A DNA stretch of 64,000 bases from an uncultured Gemmatimonadaceae bacterium (lineage in GTDB: Bacteria; Gemmatimonadota; Gemmatimonadetes; Gemmatimonadales; Gemmatimonadaceae). Numbering within the stretch: the first letter of the stretch is position 1; each line of letters opens with the position of its first letter. A model generated the notes under the pieces. The model made no database searches. It was not told the origin of the DNA and was given only the letters and a program-made list of their open reading frames with translations. This document shows positions 59,841 to 64,000 of this stretch, piece by piece. Made by a program: the position numbers and the translations under genes. The stretch is from NCBI GenBank assembly GCA_963790305.1, contig CAWBOC010000002.1, forward strand, positions 128,001-192,000, read 5' to 3'.

Positions 59841-61682
59841 TCAGTAGTCGACCGGGCGCAAATAGCTCTCCCCAATGGCATTCGGACTCACCATCGCGAC
59901 CGTCGGAAGGCGGCGCTTCCAGTGCGTTCCCTCGAGGCGCTGCCTGACGAGCTCCACTTCCTTGGCCTCGAAGCCGCGCGCCACCAGCTCCGCGGGCGCG
60001 TAGCCGCTCAGCAGCCACTGCAGAATCCGATCGGCCTTCTCGTAGGTGATCCCGAAATCGCCCTCGTCGGTCTGGCCGTGTACGAGGTCGGCCGTCGCCG
60101 GCTTTTCGACGATCGTCTTCGGAACCCCGAGATGACGTGCCAGCTGCCACACCTGGGTCTTGAACAGGTCGCCGAGCGGGTTCACTGGCGGCGAATCGTC
60201 CGCGTGCCAGGTGAAATATCCGAACAGCCGCTCCGTCTTGTTCCCCGTGCCTAACGGAATGGCCTGGTGCTTCGACGACAGGTCGAACAGCGCGATCATC
60301 CGAACGCGCGCCATCACGTTGCCGCGGCGACCCGGGGACGCGTCCGACTCGGCGGTGAGGTAGCCGTCCACCGCCGGTGAGATATCGAGCGTTCTCCCGG
60401 TGATGCCAAGCGCATCGATGACGAGCTGCGCGTGCTCCAGGCTCTCCTTGCTCGACGTGCGGTACGGCAGTCGCACGCCAATGACGTTTTCCGGGCCAAG
60501 CGCGCGCGCCGCGAGATACGCGGTGACCGCCGAGTCGACGCCGCCGGAAATGCCGATGATCCCCTTCGTAAAGCCGCGACGCTTCACTTCCTCCTGGATG
60601 AAGTGGACCAACCACTTCTCGGTGAGCTCACCGTCGATGTCGAGAGGCGGCGGCCCGCCCCCACCTTCCAGCGGAGTGGCCTGCACCACCCGCAGCGGTC
60701 CCCGCGCGGGCGGCTCCACATCGGGGTGCACCAACGCGTGATCGCCATTCTCGCTCGGCGGGTCGAACGCGAGTGGAGAGGCCTCACGAGTCTCCTTCGC
60801 CGTCAGGCTTTCCATGAGATGCGGCATCGCGGTGCGCAGATCGGCCAGCAGCGGCATGTCCGCGCGCGCGCGAGTGAGGTCGGCGAGATCGAGGGGCAGC
60901 GTCACCAGCGCCTCGTCCCACAATGGAGCGCGGGTGCGGATGTCGCCCTTGGGGCCCGAGATGAGCGACGCGCCGGAGAAGATCTTTCCCCCTTCACTCC
61001 CGGCGAGATTCGCGAACGACACGAATACCCCGTGCTCCTCGGCGATATCGCGAATGAGCCGCTCCCATCGCGCGACGCTGGCAGGCCCCGGGATGGCATC
61101 GTCGCGAGGCCACGCGCCGCGCGCTGGCGCCGCACTCGACACGAAGATCACCTGCGCGCCGTCGAGCGCCGCCAGCGTGCCCGACAGCGAATGCCACGCA
61201 TCCTCGCAGACGAGAATCGATGCCCGTCCCCATGGCGTGTCGAAGGCGTGGAACTCGTGACCGCGCTCGACGAATCGCTCCTCGTCGAACAGCCCGTACG
61301 TGGGCAGGAACACCTTGCGATGCACGTGCCGGACGTCAGGCCCCTCGGGCCCGAGCGTGACGTACATGGCGCTATTGAACAGTGTGTTCTGGAAGATCTC
61401 GTAAAAGCCGACGACGACGTCGAGACTCGAAAGCCCATTGGTCGCACCGCGCCACGTCTCCTGGAGATCGCGCGCGAGGGTTCCTGCCGTCACCGCGAGA
61501 TCGCGGACTCCCCCTTCCACGAAGTAGCCGGTGAGCGCGGTCTCGGGGAGATGAAGTACCTGCGGCCGTGGCCGCATCCCGTGCACCTGCGAGAACACCT
61601 CGCCGAGCCGCGTGAGGTTCGCGGCGTAGTCGCCCTTGGCGGGCTTGATCTGGGCGAGGGCTAGATGAACCAATGGCGCCAT
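59841..61682 (-). CDS. nadE: NAD+ synthetase with N-terminal nitrilase/glutaminase domain
   Basis: LPE, HRK, CED triad; SGGVDS, GTGNKTE, DLFKTQV, PATADL..GQTDE. Confidence 0.92.
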   Translation of the reverse strand: MAPLVHLALAQIKPAKGDYAANLTRLGEVFSQVHGMRPRPQVLHLPETALTGYFVEGGVRDLAVTAGTLARDLQETWRGATNGLSSLDVVVGFYEIFQNTLFNSAMYVTLGPEGPDVRHVHRKVFLPTYGLFDEERFVERGHEFHAFDTPWGRASILVCEDAWHSLSGTLAALDGAQVIFVSSAAPARGAWPRDDAIPGPASVARWERLIRDIAEEHGVFVSFANLAGSEGGKIFSGASLISGPKGDIRTRAPLWDEALVTLPLDLADLTRARADMPLLADLRTAMPHLMESLTAKETREASPLAFDPPSENGDHALVHPDVEPPARGPLRVVQATPLEGGGGPPPLDIDGELTEKWLVHFIQEEVKRRGFTKGIIGISGGVDSAVTAYLAARALGPENVIGVRLPYRTSSKESLEHAQLVIDALGITGRTLDISPAVDGYLTAESDASPGRRGNVMARVRMIALFDLSSKHQAIPLGTGNKTERLFGYFTWHADDSPPVNPLGDLFKTQVWQLARHLGVPKTIVEKPATADLVHGQTDEGDFGITYEKADRILQWLLSGYAPAELVARGFEAKEVELVRQRLEGTHWKRRLPTVAMVSPNAIGESYLRPVDY

Positions 61683-61725
61683 CCCTCGAAAGATGGTCGT
61701 AACGCTGGGAACGGGCCAGTCCACT

Positions 61726-61761
61726 AGATGAACTTCCGCAGACGTCTGCGGAAGTTCATCT
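61726..61761. other. Perfect 36-bp palindrome overlapping a stop codon
   Basis: AGATGAACTTCCGCAGAC|GTCTGCGGAAGTTCATCT. Confidence 0.7.
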
Positions 61762-63195
61762 CGTGATAAATGCAGGTGGCCTGATCGCCGTCACGCACGA
61801 GGTATCGATCCCCTGTGTGGCACCGCGGCTGATAAACTGGGCAACGATCGTCTCTACACAGGGATCTGCTCCCGCGTGCGCCATCCCCGGCACGACGAGC
61901 ACCGTTGCGTTAGGCAGCCCGCGGGCGACCGCCTCGGCGAATCGCGGAGGGGTCACCGGGTCGAGCGCGCCGACGACGAGCAGCACCGGCACCGGCGCGC
62001 CCGCGCTATTCCTTACGTCCGGTCGTCTCGCGTGCGGCCAGACATCGCACGCGTCCCGGTACATGCGGAGCCGATAGTCACCGAGGAAAGCGCCGCTCGC
62101 ATCGCGCGAAGGACTCATGTCGTCCACGCAGGCCGCGCTCAGGTGTGCGCCGGCATCGATCTGGTCGAATACCACGCGGCTCAGCTCATAGGCGAGCGCC
62201 ACGAACGGTGTCCAGTCGTTCTCGTGCGCCCGGTGGAGAGCCATCGGAATACGACGCGACAGGCGCGTCGAGTAGAGCATGATGCGCAGCCGATCGGCGA
62301 AGACGCCACGAGTCAGGCTGACGGTGATGCTGTCCTTCGACCGTGGATGCTCCACGCGCACGGACAGTGGTCCGCGGTCGAAGCGGGACAGCAGCGTGCT
62401 CAGCTCACGTCGCAGCGCAGGAAAGGAGGTGCGGCAGAACGGGTCGCCGGCGCAGTCCGCGAGGACGCGGTCGAGGGCGCCCTGTGCATCACGCGCGGCG
62501 GTGCGCGGGAGCGAAACGTCGTGAGGAATCGCCCCCTGTAACACGACCGAGCGTACGCGGTTGGAATACCGGGCCAGGTACTCGATGGCAACGCGGGTTC
62601 CGTAGGCGCTGGCGTCGATATCGATGAGCGGAACGCCAAGCCAGCCCCGCACCGCCTCGAGGTCATCGGCGGCGGCTGCGGTCGTGTACTGCGTGAGATC
62701 AGCCCGCCGCGCCAGACGTTGCGCGCACGCACGCACGGAATCCACGCGAAACTGGTCCCCGAGATACGTCGCAACATCCTCTCCGGTCCCGTACAGCTCA
62801 CAGGCAAGGGCGTTCGAGCCACCAGTTCCACGCTGATCGATGAGCACGACGTCGTGCGTCGCGCGTGTGGTCGCGTGGGATCCCGCGACGAGATCGGCGA
62901 GCGTGGTGGCGGCCAGTCCCGGGCCGCCGACGAGGTAAAAGAGCGCGTGACGTGGCGCGCCCGCGGGAGCGCGCGATGGGAGGATCACGACGCGCAGCGA
63001 GATCGTGCGCCCACCGCTCGTCGCGCGAGTCTCCGGCACTTCGACTGTCGCGCACCGCACTTGTTCGTCCAGGCCCGCCACGCGACATGGCGTTGTTGAC
63101 GGCGTCGATTGGGCGAGGCCGACGGTTACCGCACAGGCCCCGATAGCGACCATCGCTACGAGCCAACCTGCGTGACGTCCCGACATGGTCATCAC
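61756..63195 (-). CDS. Secreted alpha/beta hydrolase, S33/TAP-like
   Basis: GGPG, DQRGTG, DLEAVR, DPVTP, GMAH; nucleophile elbow reads ASAYG. Confidence 0.8.
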   Translation of the reverse strand: MMTMSGRHAGWLVAMVAIGACAVTVGLAQSTPSTTPCRVAGLDEQVRCATVEVPETRATSGGRTISLRVVILPSRAPAGAPRHALFYLVGGPGLAATTLADLVAGSHATTRATHDVVLIDQRGTGGSNALACELYGTGEDVATYLGDQFRVDSVRACAQRLARRADLTQYTTAAAADDLEAVRGWLGVPLIDIDASAYGTRVAIEYLARYSNRVRSVVLQGAIPHDVSLPRTAARDAQGALDRVLADCAGDPFCRTSFPALRRELSTLLSRFDRGPLSVRVEHPRSKDSITVSLTRGVFADRLRIMLYSTRLSRRIPMALHRAHENDWTPFVALAYELSRVVFDQIDAGAHLSAACVDDMSPSRDASGAFLGDYRLRMYRDACDVWPHARRPDVRNSAGAPVPVLLVVGALDPVTPPRFAEAVARGLPNATVLVVPGMAHAGADPCVETIVAQFISRGATQGIDTSCVTAIRPPAFITR

Positions 63196-63286
63196 TCAAT
63201 CCTGACCGAGCGTGTCGATCGTCACAAGGCATCGGCTGGGCGCAATGATACCATTCGGGTCCCTTCGGGGTATTTTTCCAGATCCA

Positions 63287-64000
63287 ATGACTCGCTCGAC
63301 CGTGACTTCTTATCGCCCGCTCGTTCTGTGCGCGCTCCTGGCGCTTTCAGCGCCGTTGGCGCCTCGGCTCCTCGCGCAGGAAACGGAGAGCACCGAGCCA
63401 TGGCGGCTCATCCAGCCGCCGCAGTCATCGCTCGTCGTGGCGCGCGACGGCTCGCTGATCGGCGAGATCGGCAAGGAATGGCGGACGTCGGTCCCGATCA
63501 AATCGCTGCCGAAGTATGTACCTCAGGCCTTCGTCGCCATCGAGGACCATCGCTTCTACGAGCACGGCGGCGTCGACGTGATCGGCATCGCCGGCGCAAT
63601 CAAGGATGCCGTCACCGGCTCGCCGCGCGGGGCGAGCACCATCACCCAGCAGCTCGTCGGCAACATGCATCCGGAGGAGATCGACCGGCGAGATCGGTCG
63701 CTCAGCCGAAAGGTGCGTGAGCAGCGGGCCGCGATCGAGATGGAGAAGCGATACTCCAAGGATGAGATCCTGGAGGCGTATCTCAACCAGATCGCGTTTG
63801 GGCATGGATGGTACGGCATTGAAGCCGCCGCGCGTCATTACTTTGGCAAACCCGCCTCGCGACTGACGCTCGAAGAGGCCGCCACGCTCGCGGCGCTACC
63901 GAAGGGGCCCGCGATCTATGATCCGATTCGCCACCCTGACCGCGCCAGGAGCCGTCGCGACGAAGTGCTGGGTCGAATGGCGGCGAATGGCTTCATCACG
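63287..64000 (+). CDS. Class A penicillin-binding protein/transglycosylase (partial, runs off window)
   Basis: Manual translation: AIEDHRFYEHGGVD, GASTITQQL, RKVRE, KDEILEAYLN, GIEAAARHYF. Confidence 0.92.
   Translation, partial: MTRSTVTSYRPLVLCALLALSAPLAPRLLAQETESTEPWRLIQPPQSSLVVARDGSLIGEIGKEWRTSVPIKSLPKYVPQAFVAIEDHRFYEHGGVDVIGIAGAIKDAVTGSPRGASTITQQLVGNMHPEEIDRRDRSLSRKVREQRAAIEMEKRYSKDEILEAYLNQIAFGHGWYGIEAAARHYFGKPASRLTLEEAATLAALPKGPAIYDPIRHPDRARSRRDEVLGRMAANGFIT

Overview
GC-rich bacterial DNA whose gene content (BTAD-TPR regulator, Ser/Thr kinase, plug-only TonB proteins, duplicated ABC permease, many Ig-like lipoproteins) suggests Gemmatimonadota; this taxonomy is an inference. The left ~15 kb looks accessory. 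It holds a minus-strand run of ECF sigma, zinc-finger anti-sigma, secreted TPR-CHAT protein (catalytic His appears to be Tyr) and Ig/RCC1/PPC lipoproteins, with three ATGA-coupled junctions. Next come a lipase-like protein, a GGDEF-EAL gene, an NHEJ locus (DUF72-Ku / LigD), BlaI-M56, an efflux ABC operon, a serB-aminotransferase-serA operon and housekeeping genes (rhomboid, MscS, OsmC, rhodanese, CsaA, HtpX, fused E1 dehydrogenase, HIT, NadE, partial PBP1). The most distinctive DNA-level signal is about 13 intergenic palindromic elements whose arms are 7- or 9-nt tandem repeats of five unrelated units, plus two perfect 36-bp palindromes. Many genes in the first 25 kb are frameshifted, probably by sequencing error, so their boundaries are approximate. 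No rRNA, tRNA, CRISPR array or transposase was recognised.
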